Assembly: GCA_965267575.1 (NCBI GenBank)
Contig: OZ254086.1
Span: 1-64,000, forward strand
From: Calditrichales bacterium
GTDB taxonomy: Bacteria > Calditrichota > Calditrichia > Calditrichales > J004
Direction of reading: 5' to 3'
Length of the DNA stretch: 64,000 nt
Part shown: positions 40,914 through 51,015 of the stretch, in pieces
Position numbering within the stretch: position 1 is the first letter of the stretch
Layout: the number at the start of each line of letters is the position of its first letter
Notes under the pieces: generated by a model
The model's database searches: none
What the model was told of the DNA's origin: nothing
The model's input: the letters and a program-made list of their open reading frames with translations, nothing else
Program-made: the position numbers and the translations under genes

Positions 40914-43900
40914 TTAGTCGTTAATGCGCAGATAGCTGCCTTTAAAGTCCTGGTTACGTGCTTCGATAGTGGCCGCTTTTCCGGGCACCGGTATAAACTC
41001 AATTACTGCTCTACCGTTGGCCATCTCGATAATGTCGCTTCCGAAGGGCAAACCGCTGTGTTTTAAAAGTTCGCCGGGGCCATATGCACTAAAATAAATG
41101 CGCTGATTATAATCCAGACAGCGGCGGCCGTTTTTGTCCACAGCGAGCGCTTCAATCTGGTAGCGGCCGTTTTCAAGTTTGTGTATTTTAAGGGCTATTT
41201 CAGCGGCCTTGCCAAACGGCTCTTCATAATAATTTACATCGACTGTATCACTGTGAACAACGCTGCCGCTCTTTTTCCCCAAGGCAACCAGCCGGTTTGC
41301 GCCATTTACAAAGGGAACCTCCCATTGAAGGCCATGAGCCGGAAATTGTCCATAAATGCGTTCCTTCTCGCCGAGCGATTTACCATTCAGCAACAACTCC
41401 ACGCCGCCGCAGTTGCTGAAGACATCCACAAGGTTGGCATTTACGCCGGCCAAGCGTTCCGTCCACGTGGGCGATTCGATGTATACAAACGGGTCATCAC
41501 CCCAATAGCTTTTGAATACATAATAAGCGTCCTTTGGATTACCTTCACGGTCGACGAGGCCTTTTTGATTCAAATATGGTATGGCGTTTTCGGGTCTCAG
41601 AGGTGTACCAAAATCCTTAAAAGCCCATTGCGCGTTCCCGGTAAACCACTCCAGTTTCTCGGAAACGGACAGGTGCCAGTCGAACAGGTCAACGATATAG
41701 CTTTCGGACCAGTCCCCTTCCCTGGCAATATTATTAACTTTCACCTGGTTCACAGCCTCTTCCCACTCATTGGGATTCAAAACACCTTCGCCGGTAATGG
41801 GATTTGTGACATGCCGCCCCACGTGACTAGAACCGCCATATTCGGCATGAATGAATCGGGGATACTTGCTGCGGGCGTCTTCCAGGGCTCTTTCATAATT
41901 CGTATAAACGCCTGAATACCAGCCCGCCCAAATAGACGGCGAAAAAACGTCTACAATATCAGCGCCCTCGTAATACTTCCTAATAGCCGTTTTGCGCGAA
42001 GGATCAAGCTTATGGGCAATATCATTCAATTCTGAGAGGAAAGCACGCATCCGTGTGTCGTCGTCGCCACCTTCAAAGTCCGGCAGCCAATACATTTCGT
42101 TGCCCAATGACCACATAATTATTGAGGGATGATTAAAATTCTGGAGAATCTGTTCCTTCAGCAAGCGCTTTGTATTGTCCTGCCAAACCTCTTCGCCCAT
42201 GCCGCCGCGGCACCAGGGCAGTTCATCCCAGACCAGAAGCCCAAGCTCATCGCATGTTTTATAAACTTCCAGATCCTGGGGATAGTGCCCCAAGCGTACA
42301 AAATTGGCTCCCATCTCCTTAATCATTTCCATATCGCGCCGGTGCAGGCTGTCAGGCATGGCCGCGCCGTAAAAGGCGTGCTCTTCGTGGCGGTGCGTTC
42401 CGCGCAGTAACAGCCTTTTGCCGTTCAAATAAAACGGACCGTTTTCTTCAAACTCAAACCAGCGTAAACCAAACCTTTCTTCAACTCTGTCTGTACCATT
42501 GCCGCTTTCAAGTTCAACAATCATTGTATACAGATGAGGCGTGTCCGGAGACCAAAGAAGCGGCTTTGCGATTTCGGGAAACGACAAAAGAGCTTTGCCG
42601 GCGGTTACTTTCGCTTTGGCCCGGGCAACTTCCTTGCCAGCTGCATCAACAATTGACGCCTTCAGGCTCAGGGTTTTGTCCTCGCTGCTTACGATCACTT
42701 CGGCCTCAACACGAGCTTGGTCCGCACTAACCTGTGGCGTTCGAATTTCAATGCGCCGGATATGGCTCTCCGGAACCATCTTTAGCCAGACGTCGCGCGT
42801 GATGCCGCCGTAAATAAAAAAGTCCGACTTTTGTGATGGGATGATATTACGGTCGACGCTATTATCAACACGCACATGGATTATATTCTCACCGGCCTTG
42901 AGATAAGGCGTCACATCAATTTCAAAGCCGACGTATCCTCCCACATGCCCGCCTGCCTTTTGACCATTCACGAAAAAATCCGTCGTGATATTGGCGCCTT
43001 CGAAATACAGAAAACAGCGTTCGGCGGAAGACAGTTCTTCGATTGTCAACCGTTTTTCATACCAGCCGGCGTCGCGCCTGTAGCCCGGTTCCGAATCCAT
43101 AACATCCGTTGTATTCCAGGTATGAGGTAAGTCAATCTTTTGCCACGGTGCCGCCGCTTTGCGCATTCCGCTCAGATCAGGAGCATTATCTTGCAGATAA
43201 AACCAATCACGGTTAATGTTTATCAAGCGACGCTTCGCCGGCGTTTCTGCCGGAATATCCGGTTGCTCCAGCCGCCACAGTTTTTCAATGCACTCGCTCA
43301 AATAGTAATCACCGGCCGGGAAGGATTCATCGACCCCCCAATCCTTGTGGTAATTATAAACAGTGTGGATCAGCAGATCCTGTTCCGTGTCCCTGCTTGA
43401 ACTTATATAGGTATAGTTTTTAATTAACGATTGTATTAGTGCAACGGCTTTTTCCCGGGCGGATAAAACAGCATTTCTTTCCGACTCCACATCGGCAAGA
43501 AGCAAAAGGCCGGAAGCGGCGATCGCGGCGGCGGAAGCGTCACGAGGAACATCGTCCCCGCTAAGCGAAAGATCCCAGTATGGCACATTGTCTTGTGGCA
43601 GATTGGTCAGAAAATATTTGGCCATCTTACGGGAAGCATTCAGGAAGGGCTTGTATCCCGTATGTCTGAAAGCATTGGCAAAACCGTATATCCCCCAGGC
43701 CTGTCCACGTGCCCAGGTTGTCTCATCGGCAAGTCCCTGATGTGTAAACTGTTTCAGCAATTCACCGCTTTGCGGGTCAAACTCCGCCACATGAAAGGAA
43801 GAAAAATTGTCACGTACGAGAACGTCCAGCGTGGTCAGCGCGTGCCGGTAAGCGACATCGTAATAGGCGTAGTCCCCGGTTTCCTGCCAGGCCCAGAAAA

Positions 43901-44420
43901 GCAGCTCCAGGTTCATCATCGTATCGATGATCATCCAGCCCGCTTTTGATTCCGAGCCCAGCTTGCCCCAGGCGCGGATAAATTCTCCGGCGGGGTTAAA
44001 TCGCCGCATCAGCATATTGGCAGCCTGCAGTCCGGCATCGCGGTATTTTGCTTCACCCGTTTCCTGATAAGCCCGGACTACGGAAGGCAAAAAGATAAAA
44101 CCCATATCATGAGTATAATCAATCCCGGCGTATTCAAGCAGATTGTCGCTCAATTCCAGTGCAGCGTCCCGCAACTCTTCATCACCACTGATTGCGTAAA
44201 AGGCCCACAACTCACCGGCCAAAAAACCGGAAAACCAGTTGACTTTTTCGCGGTATTGCCAGGTGCCTTCCACGGTATATTCGGGCCAGCGCCCGTCGAA
44301 CCATTCAACCTTTTCCAGCACCCGCTTTTGCAGCGGCTTCATATCTGCCATGTCTAAAATAGTGCCGGAATTTACGGCGCAAAAAAGCGTCAGCACGAGG
44401 AATACCTTAATTGTTTTCAT
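40914..44420 (-). CDS. GH88 unsaturated glucuronyl hydrolase fused to a GH2 glycosidase
   Basis: N-half: THDMGF, IIDTMMNL, WARGQAW, RDASAAA. C-half: LPHTWN, LRGTHRH, FVRLGHYP, WSLGNE, AEYG. Confidence 0.88.
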   Translation of the reverse strand: MKTIKVFLVLTLFCAVNSGTILDMADMKPLQKRVLEKVEWFDGRWPEYTVEGTWQYREKVNWFSGFLAGELWAFYAISGDEELRDAALELSDNLLEYAGIDYTHDMGFIFLPSVVRAYQETGEAKYRDAGLQAANMLMRRFNPAGEFIRAWGKLGSESKAGWMIIDTMMNLELLFWAWQETGDYAYYDVAYRHALTTLDVLVRDNFSSFHVAEFDPQSGELLKQFTHQGLADETTWARGQAWGIYGFANAFRHTGYKPFLNASRKMAKYFLTNLPQDNVPYWDLSLSGDDVPRDASAAAIAASGLLLLADVESERNAVLSAREKAVALIQSLIKNYTYISSSRDTEQDLLIHTVYNYHKDWGVDESFPAGDYYLSECIEKLWRLEQPDIPAETPAKRRLININRDWFYLQDNAPDLSGMRKAAAPWQKIDLPHTWNTTDVMDSEPGYRRDAGWYEKRLTIEELSSAERCFLYFEGANITTDFFVNGQKAGGHVGGYVGFEIDVTPYLKAGENIIHVRVDNSVDRNIIPSQKSDFFIYGGITRDVWLKMVPESHIRRIEIRTPQVSADQARVEAEVIVSSEDKTLSLKASIVDAAGKEVARAKAKVTAGKALLSFPEIAKPLLWSPDTPHLYTMIVELESGNGTDRVEERFGLRWFEFEENGPFYLNGKRLLLRGTHRHEEHAFYGAAMPDSLHRRDMEMIKEMGANFVRLGHYPQDLEVYKTCDELGLLVWDELPWCRGGMGEEVWQDNTKRLLKEQILQNFNHPSIIMWSLGNEMYWLPDFEGGDDDTRMRAFLSELNDIAHKLDPSRKTAIRKYYEGADIVDVFSPSIWAGWYSGVYTNYERALEDARSKYPRFIHAEYGGSSHVGRHVTNPITGEGVLNPNEWEEAVNQVKVNNIAREGDWSESYIVDLFDWHLSVSEKLEWFTGNAQWAFKDFGTPLRPENAIPYLNQKGLVDREGNPKDAYYVFKSYWGDDPFVYIESPTWTERLAGVNANLVDVFSNCGGVELLLNGKSLGEKERIYGQFPAHGLQWEVPFVNGANRLVALGKKSGSVVHSDTVDVNYYEEPFGKAAEIALKIHKLENGRYQIEALAVDKNGRRCLDYNQRIYFSAYGPGELLKHSGLPFGSDIIEMANGRAVIEFIPVPGKAATIEARNQDFKGSYLRIND

Positions 44421-45633
44421 TAATCGCTACCGGTTGATTTAATTCTGAAAGCGTTTGTTCTATCCATTTTTCAAAATCGGCTTTGGTTGTTATTCCGGAG
44501 GGTTCTTTGTCCCAGCACGCGCCAAAAGCGTAGGAGATTTCGGGCAGGGCCTCTTTAAACACCACGATGTAACTGTAATCATTTTGGGACAATCGCTCTA
44601 CATCCGCCTTGCGGTAGAACAGGGCCAGACCAAGGCTATCTTGCGGTGAAGAGAGGCTTTGAGTGCCCCATGTGGCAAGCGCCTCCCATGGCGCTTCTGC
44701 AGAGCGACTTACAATTACATCCATACCGGGATTTTTTACCAGCCCTGTACAAAGGGCACCGGGATAATTCGTCATTATTTCGTGCATGGTAATTCGTTTG
44801 CCGGCAGAAATTGAGAGAACGGAAGTCAGATGAGATTTGACATCAAGGGGCTGCCAGCCAAACCAGTCGGTTTCAACCTCGGCATAAACCGGGCCGTCCG
44901 CACGCACGCGGCAATGCACACTGTCAATGTTTTCAAAGTGGATCAGGGAATCTTCCGTAAATGCCGCAATGCTTCCAATTCCCAGGGAATTGCCAACTTT
45001 CAGCAGATCCATTCCCCATGGCTGCATTTCGTGATACGAGGCAGCGTCTTCCGTATCAATATCCGGCAAAACCATTGCATTGGTTTTTTTACCGAAAATA
45101 TCGATCGCATTACGACCATCAAGATAAAAGCGGTAAGCGACTTTATCGGATTCCCAGCCGGGTCCTTCATAGCGGATCAAGCCGTCGTGGGCCACGTGCT
45201 CAGCAGGTACACGAAACTCCTTAATGTTTTTAAACTTACCGCCCACATAAACACCGTCTTCAAACACAGCATCATGTTTAACTGAAATTTCCGCATAGGC
45301 GCGTGGCACCGACCTTACCGGATGATCGGCTTGCACCAGATTGACTGTCTTCGTTTCGCCGGCGGCCAGATCGATGAGAAAAGCGATGCTTTCCGCAATA
45401 CCGTCTTGATTGCGATCTAATACCTGTGTCGGTAAAAGCGAATCGCCATGGCGAATAGTCAACTGCTCTCCAACAGTCATCGCCGTAGGAACTATTGTTT
45501 CGACAAGAATATCTGATCGATTTTGGCCGGCTGGGTTGGTAAGTGTCAACGTTTTTTCCGTCCCGCTACCGGAACATGAAATAAGACAGCAGACCGTTAA
45601 CGCCAAAAAAAAAGTTTTCATGATTTTGTCCAT
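44407..45633 (-). CDS. DUF4861-like lipoprotein
   Basis: Lipobox-like LISC; EGPGWESDKVAYRFY, IDIFGK, GMDLLKVGNSLGIG; true start may be ATG 45621. Confidence 0.75.
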   Translation of the reverse strand: MDKIMKTFFLALTVCCLISCSGSGTEKTLTLTNPAGQNRSDILVETIVPTAMTVGEQLTIRHGDSLLPTQVLDRNQDGIAESIAFLIDLAAGETKTVNLVQADHPVRSVPRAYAEISVKHDAVFEDGVYVGGKFKNIKEFRVPAEHVAHDGLIRYEGPGWESDKVAYRFYLDGRNAIDIFGKKTNAMVLPDIDTEDAASYHEMQPWGMDLLKVGNSLGIGSIAAFTEDSLIHFENIDSVHCRVRADGPVYAEVETDWFGWQPLDVKSHLTSVLSISAGKRITMHEIMTNYPGALCTGLVKNPGMDVIVSRSAEAPWEALATWGTQSLSSPQDSLGLALFYRKADVERLSQNDYSYIVVFKEALPEISYAFGACWDKEPSGITTKADFEKWIEQTLSELNQPVAINENN

Positions 45634-46790
45634 AAAAGAGGTTGGCGGATAGGATTGTTGCGAATGACTTCTTCGTTTTTCGGGTCCGCTTCCAGTGTTT
45701 CCCAGACCTCGATATATGCGGGTTTGTTTAATGCTTTCCCGGCAAGCAAAAGAGAAATGTGGCGGATAGGATAAAACTCAAAATATTGCACATCCGGCGG
45801 ATAGGGCCATGTGCTTTTGTCTTTGATATAAGGGAACATAAAATCCATTGCCTTAGCAATACTTTTACCGTCCACGCTGTGTCGCCAAAGGTCGTCTCCT
45901 TCCGTCGAAAGCACATGGCAGATCATGGCCATACCGTCCAGGTTGAACAAGGCGTAGTTATATGGCTTGGTGCGTTCCAGCTCCAAGGGGAAGCTTCCGT
46001 CTTCCGCTGTTTGATTTGGTAAAAGCGTGTTTTTAAAGTGTTCCCTGCAGAATTCACGGATGCTATCGTTGCCTGTAAAGTCAGCAAAAACAGCAACCTG
46101 TGCCGTCCACCATGTACCGTGATTATTGGGATGGTCGCGTTCGCTAATGCCGTATTCGTGCGTCGTAAGCCAGCTGACATAATCAGAGAACCAGCTTTTG
46201 ATCGCTTCCAACTTCTCACCCCTTAGAGCACCTTCGCGCTCCAAAACCTGTGCGGAACGCGCCACTTCCATCAGGTGAATTGTATCGATTATGCCAATGC
46301 CCCTACCGCTGACCCTACCTTTTATTGCCTGCGAATAGAGCAGATTCGGACTCATGCGTGTGGCATCGGCGACAAACCAGGCCTCCATATGCTCAATTGC
46401 CTTTTGAGCATATTTTTCATCTTTGGTTAACAGGTAAGCGGCGGTAAGAGTGGCGGCATGAATACTGAGCCGGCGCATGGCCAGACGATGATCATCGAAA
46501 TTGCCGGGATTGGAGAGCCCGTCACGTCGAATGTAAGGTCCATCCGGATTGTCGGGATCTGGCCACCAATAGTCGCCCTCGGAATAGTAATCGTGCAATC
46601 CACCCAGACTTCTTTCCGAACGGGCTGCGGTCACGGTAATCGGCTTTTTGTCTAGCAATGTGTCTGCCGCATTTACGACCCGTTCATATTCAAGATCATG
46701 CAGATCAACTGCCTGATTAGTGCACGTACAAAAAAAGCCGGTCATCAGTAACATAGTTACCGCAGTCTTAAAACCCATATTCGCAACCAT
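45618..46790 (-). CDS. Second PL38-like Alginate_lyase-domain protein (possible lipoprotein)
   Basis: HDYYSEGDYWWPDP...GPYIRRDG, MSPNLLYSQ, GIIDT, NNHGTW, ERTKPYNY. Confidence 0.82.
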   Translation of the reverse strand: MVANMGFKTAVTMLLMTGFFCTCTNQAVDLHDLEYERVVNAADTLLDKKPITVTAARSERSLGGLHDYYSEGDYWWPDPDNPDGPYIRRDGLSNPGNFDDHRLAMRRLSIHAATLTAAYLLTKDEKYAQKAIEHMEAWFVADATRMSPNLLYSQAIKGRVSGRGIGIIDTIHLMEVARSAQVLEREGALRGEKLEAIKSWFSDYVSWLTTHEYGISERDHPNNHGTWWTAQVAVFADFTGNDSIREFCREHFKNTLLPNQTAEDGSFPLELERTKPYNYALFNLDGMAMICHVLSTEGDDLWRHSVDGKSIAKAMDFMFPYIKDKSTWPYPPDVQYFEFYPIRHISLLLAGKALNKPAYIEVWETLEADPKNEEVIRNNPIRQPLLWTKS

Positions 46791-46797
46791 TCATTTT

Positions 46798-46848
46798 TGT
46801 AAGATGTATTACAAATATGATTCTAAGAATATATCCGTTTTTTGTCAA
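46798..46848 (-). promoter_or_regulatory. Sigma70 promoter and operator of the PL38/GH88/kdu/uxu operon
   Basis: TTGACA (46843-46848)-17 nt-TAGAAT (46820-46825); operator TGTAAGATGTATTACA at 46798-46813. Confidence 0.82.
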
Positions 46849-47005
46849 GAAAATTTATCTGCTGATATGAGCGTTGCCAACAACACGGCGGGGAACCGTT
46901 TGCTGAGAGCGAAGGCAGGGGTCTGTCCGGCATTAAAACAGATGACTATTTTTATTTTTGCGGCGTTTTATTATGCCCTATTCATAGCAGAACATTCCGG
47001 TTTAA

Positions 47006-49318
47006 TCAATAGACAAGCTTTTGCTTTAAATACTGGTCAACCTTGATTTTGCCGGAATTTATTATATCGTTTCCTCTGTGCTTGTTGTTTTTTTCACCCC
47101 ACAATAAGGCAACAAGTTCTACCGGGTTATTTTTAAATGTATTGTTGGATAGATCTACGTTGATAATACCGCGGGTCTTTAGCAAAATCTTGCTTTCCTC
47201 TTTTTCTCCGCAGTTTCTAAAAGTGCTGCTATTAACGGTCAAATTTCCACCAATCGTCGATTCATCGTATCCGCCACGATAAAAATTGATCACGTTTTTT
47301 TGTACGTTTTCAAACGTGCAGCCGGCGATGGTGACGAACTCCGCGTTATAGTCGCCCAGGTCGTCGCTCTCAGCTGCCAACACCAACCCGTTAACGCAAT
47401 TCGTGATGGTCGTAGCTTCAAAAGTTAAGGAATCCGCGAAAGAGCCCTTGTAAGATTTCAGCACAAATTGGAAATCCCGGATACTACAATTGCTTAGCGA
47501 AATATTGTAAGCCGCGGACATATTTTTTTCCTTGCTGCCAAAAGCGAACTGCTCCATCTTGCCTTGCAGAGAAACATTTTGCAGAACTAGATTTCCTTTG
47601 GGATGCATTTCAAACAGCGCGGAGTTGGCCGCTCCGGAATAGCTAAGGGTTACTCCAGTTTTGTTTTTGGCCCTGATTGTAATCTGTTTATTAATAACAA
47701 GCGGCTCTTCAATTTGATATGTGCCGGCGGCCAACTCCAGGATATCCCCCGCTTTGGCCTGTTCAAGCATTCCGGAAATTGATTCGGCGGTTACCTTGTG
47801 TATTTGCGGTTTTACCTCAGCCTTATCAACGGAAAACCACTTCGCGCCATATTCCTTTATATTAAAATTTACGATGGCCTGAGAAGCTTCTCCGCTAATT
47901 GCACCAACCCGGTTTGATCCTTTTCTGCTGTTGCCAAAAATGTCAGTTTCGATTTCTTCAAAGCCAAAACCCTGATAGCTGCTTTGCAAAGCATCATCCT
48001 GTCCTGTGGCAGGTACAAAAAGCCAGTCTGAAAGCTTTTCCATTTCCAGGTCAACGCTTTTGATGCCTTCGTATTTTAGCTGATGATCCCGGTTATCTAT
48101 TACGTTGCCTTTAAACTCAATGCCATCCACTTTGTCGTAGGCCTTTAAAGGCAACTCGTCCGCTTCTTCGTTATAAATAAGGTTATTGGCCATCACCACG
48201 CGTGTTGGGCGTGCAGAGCGAATTTCCCGGTCGGGCAGCACCTCTTTTTTGTCCATGTTGGCGCCCACACTTATATGCCATGGTGTTTCACAATCGATCC
48301 ATGAATTGTAAGCGACAACCACATCGGTAACCTGGTTATAGCGATTAAGCGGTGATTTCGGTATGCCATTCATTAAAGCTAATGGCGCTCTGAATTCATC
48401 TGCTTTGAGCTTGTAGAAATAGTTGTTAGTTACCCAGTGCCCCGTATTGATAACCCGGATGCCGCCGACAAAGTCCGACTCATCGCTTCCAATAAAAAAA
48501 TTGCCGTCGACAACACAGTAGTTGCCATGCCGCATCACCAGAGAGCCTTCGCATTCAAAAAAGATGTTGTTTCTGAATTCGTTAAAGTTGGATTTGCTGG
48601 AGATGACTTCGACTTCGCCGTTGCAGCGTTCGAATAAATTATTACTAACATTTATATAAGACGGCGTCATTGACGTATTGCTGGCCCCGATTTGCATCGT
48701 TTCCGCTTTTGGTCCCCCTTTGCGCGGCCGTGGCCCAAAATGGTTGTTTGTTATCTGGTGGTAATTACGAATGTTCTCATTACCGCTTAAATATACGCGG
48801 ATGGTTGGACCCTGGTTGGATTTGCCGGCGATGTAACAATGGTCCAGCTGGTTATGCCTGCCCCAGAATTCTACCCAATGATCGGCGTCGTAGCGGTTAA
48901 GCTGCGTAAAATCTTCAATAACGCAATGGGTAACACGGCAATGGTTAGCTATTCTTTCATCATCGATTCTAAATTCGATAACTGCATCGTCGGGCGTGTA
49001 GCCGTTTTTAAAATAGAGCCCTTCGACAACCAGGTATTCGCCGCCAATTTTTAAGCATGATTCACCTTCGATAGAGACCTTGCCCGGTGTTTCCGCCCGC
49101 AGCTTGATTGGTTTATCTTCTGTACCCTTGCCGTAAAAGAGAATTTTAACATCTTGCCAGACTCCATTGGCGAGAACAATTTCGTCGCCGGCACGCGCTG
49201 TTTGAATGGCGTTTTCTAATTCCTGATGATCATTTACAACAACCGTTTTTGTAAAAGAGAATCCGTTGCTTGCGCTCAATATGATCGCCGCACTTAAAAG
49301 AGATAGAATCTTAAACAT
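47006..49318 (-). CDS. Two-domain PL6 alginate lyase, no sorting domain
   Basis: EVEVISSKS, GSLVMRHGN, MNGIPKSPLNRY, YRGGYDEST; likely start ATG 49318 (MFKILSL). Confidence 0.88.
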   Translation of the reverse strand: MFKILSLLSAAIILSASNGFSFTKTVVVNDHQELENAIQTARAGDEIVLANGVWQDVKILFYGKGTEDKPIKLRAETPGKVSIEGESCLKIGGEYLVVEGLYFKNGYTPDDAVIEFRIDDERIANHCRVTHCVIEDFTQLNRYDADHWVEFWGRHNQLDHCYIAGKSNQGPTIRVYLSGNENIRNYHQITNNHFGPRPRKGGPKAETMQIGASNTSMTPSYINVSNNLFERCNGEVEVISSKSNFNEFRNNIFFECEGSLVMRHGNYCVVDGNFFIGSDESDFVGGIRVINTGHWVTNNYFYKLKADEFRAPLALMNGIPKSPLNRYNQVTDVVVAYNSWIDCETPWHISVGANMDKKEVLPDREIRSARPTRVVMANNLIYNEEADELPLKAYDKVDGIEFKGNVIDNRDHQLKYEGIKSVDLEMEKLSDWLFVPATGQDDALQSSYQGFGFEEIETDIFGNSRKGSNRVGAISGEASQAIVNFNIKEYGAKWFSVDKAEVKPQIHKVTAESISGMLEQAKAGDILELAAGTYQIEEPLVINKQITIRAKNKTGVTLSYSGAANSALFEMHPKGNLVLQNVSLQGKMEQFAFGSKEKNMSAAYNISLSNCSIRDFQFVLKSYKGSFADSLTFEATTITNCVNGLVLAAESDDLGDYNAEFVTIAGCTFENVQKNVINFYRGGYDESTIGGNLTVNSSTFRNCGEKEESKILLKTRGIINVDLSNNTFKNNPVELVALLWGEKNNKHRGNDIINSGKIKVDQYLKQKLVY

Positions 49319-49918
49319 ATGCTGAAAACCTTTTCCTTTATGCATTTCATACCTGGTTCCGTGAAAGGAACGTATCCCGCAAGACTACATAATACGCAAT
49401 AAAAACAAGCAGACCGGTACTTTTGAGACTCATAGTTCCTTCCTCCAAGAAGAATTAGGCAATAAAATATCACAGCGCACGACACCGGGCAACTTAGAGT
49501 TTTTAGATTTTAAGTGCTTCTTGAATAGGCCGTGTCCCACCGTGGGAAAAATGTCATCACTCCTAAAACAGCCTTCATCTGCCGCTGGTCAAGCTGGAGT
49601 TTCTTAACCAGCTTTTCAAACTTCTCACGATATCTGGTAGAAAAGGTCCAGGTTAAATAATCTTCGGAATGGGATACGCCAAATAACGGAAATTTCTGCT
49701 TCAGGAAATCGGGGCAGACCGAGCAACTGGTCACCTTCCCCATCGAGACATTAAAACAGTCCTGTGTAGGCTTCAACGGGTTGGGCTGATTCAGCGCGAG
49801 CCCATGAAAACAGAGAGCGGCCGCTGGATACGCGGCTATAACTATTACCGCATTCTAAAATAAAAAACTTGAGATTGCCCGTCTTAACATGTAAACATCC
49901 TGCAGGAAAGGACGGGCA

Positions 49919-50560
49919 ATGGCCAGAAAAAAATCACAAAAAGGAGATAAAGAGTTGAAATTGCCCGTTTTAAACAATACGATCCCGGAAAGGGACACAT
50001 CAGGCGGTGTTGGCGCAGACGCGCCGCCTTTAACACGGAGCGTTAACAGCATTATGATTGCCAACCGTCTTACGCTGCTGACAGGTCAGTGGAGCATCGT
50101 GCAGAAAGATATCGCCCGGCGCACGGGGCCGCCGTCCACCCTGTCGCTGGTCTTCACCGCGCAGATCAATCTTTCCACAAAGTACATGGCGCGGATTGCC
50201 GATTTCTTCATGGTCAGCCTGGACTGGCTGGTCTGGGGCGATGCGCATTCCAACCGTCTGCTGCCGGCGGGCAGGCTGCTAAACAAATACACATCTATGA
50301 TCGCATTGCGCTATGTGCTGCTGAATGCCAATCGCAAAAAACAATATTACACGATCATCACCACGCTGGCGGCGGACAACATCGCGGCCAAACCGCAAAA
50401 ATCGGATTCCGCTCCAGTCGGCCACATCTGGCACAGCGCCGTTCCCGTGCTCTACATCCCGCAGGATGCCACCCTGATGCAGGCCATCGTCCACCTGGAC
50501 AACCGCTGGGCCCGCTCGCTTTTGAAAGACATACCAAATAAAAAAGTCCAATATAAATAA
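49919..50560 (+). CDS. XRE/Cro-CI-like HTH protein
   Basis: QKDIARRTG...LSTKYMARIADFFMVSLDWLVWG resembles HTH_3; start uncertain (possibly MIANRL). Confidence 0.55.
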   Translation: MARKKSQKGDKELKLPVLNNTIPERDTSGGVGADAPPLTRSVNSIMIANRLTLLTGQWSIVQKDIARRTGPPSTLSLVFTAQINLSTKYMARIADFFMVSLDWLVWGDAHSNRLLPAGRLLNKYTSMIALRYVLLNANRKKQYYTIITTLAADNIAAKPQKSDSAPVGHIWHSAVPVLYIPQDATLMQAIVHLDNRWARSLLKDIPNKKVQYK

Positions 50561-50574
50561 AGGAGAATGACGCT

Positions 50575-50886
50575 ATGGACAGCCAAAATAAAGATATGCT
50601 GCAACTTCTGGAGAAAATCCAGTAAGAACTGGTTCGGATAAGGGAGACGCTCCAGCTTTCTGAAAAGACCGCCTTTTCAATAGACGAAGCCTCTGCCTTT
50701 ATGGGTATTCCCAAAAATACGTTGTATTATTATACCCACCGCCAGGTAATTCCCTATTACAAAACAGGGAAGAGGGTCTTTTTTAAAAAAGAGGATCTGG
50801 TGGCCTTTATTCTCAACGAGAAAAACCGCTACGAAGTTGACGCAAAAATGGCTTCGGAATTAAACAGTTTTTTCTTCAAAAATTGA
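50575..50886 (+). pseudogene. Excisionase-like (HTH_17) gene with in-frame TAA at codon 17
   Basis: AAGGAG SD and ATG 50575: MDSQNKDMLQLLEKIQ*ELVRIRE...FSIDEASAFMGIPKNTLYYYTHRQVIPYYKTGKRVFFKKEDL; stop at 50623-50625. Confidence 0.72.
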
Positions 50887-50950
50887 AAAAATGGAGGCCG
50901 GAGCAAAATCAAAAGGGGCCAAAAAGTGTTAGCAGTTGTTAGCAGAAATT

Positions 50951-50988
50951 AAAAAAGCCCTTGTTTAGATCAATAAAAACAAGGGCTT
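50951..50988 (-). terminator. Terminator hairpin just 3' of the tRNA fragment
   Basis: 12-bp stem AAGCCCTTGTTT/AAACAAGGGCTT with a T-run on the minus strand. Confidence 0.65.
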
Positions 50989-50990
50989 AC

Positions 50991-51015
50991 GCTCCGGCGG
51001 TAGGACTCGAACCTA
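50991..51015 (-). mobile_element. att-site remnant: 3' end of a tRNA gene (probably tRNA-Asn), not a full tRNA
   Basis: Minus strand TAGGTTCGAGTCCTACCGCCGGAGC = T-arm (GGTTCGAGTCC) plus 3' acceptor strand and G discriminator; no D or anticodon arms; lies next to the integrase. Confidence 0.75.

Noticed and set aside
469-49054. Numerous plus-strand ORFs of 60-284 aa across the polysaccharide locus
   Set aside because: Nearly all lie antisense to well-supported minus-strand genes and show no recognisable motifs.
49510-49776. 88-aa minus-strand ORF between the locus and the island
   Set aside because: TTG start, no clear SD and no recognisable motif; it may be a gene remnant but I cannot support a call.
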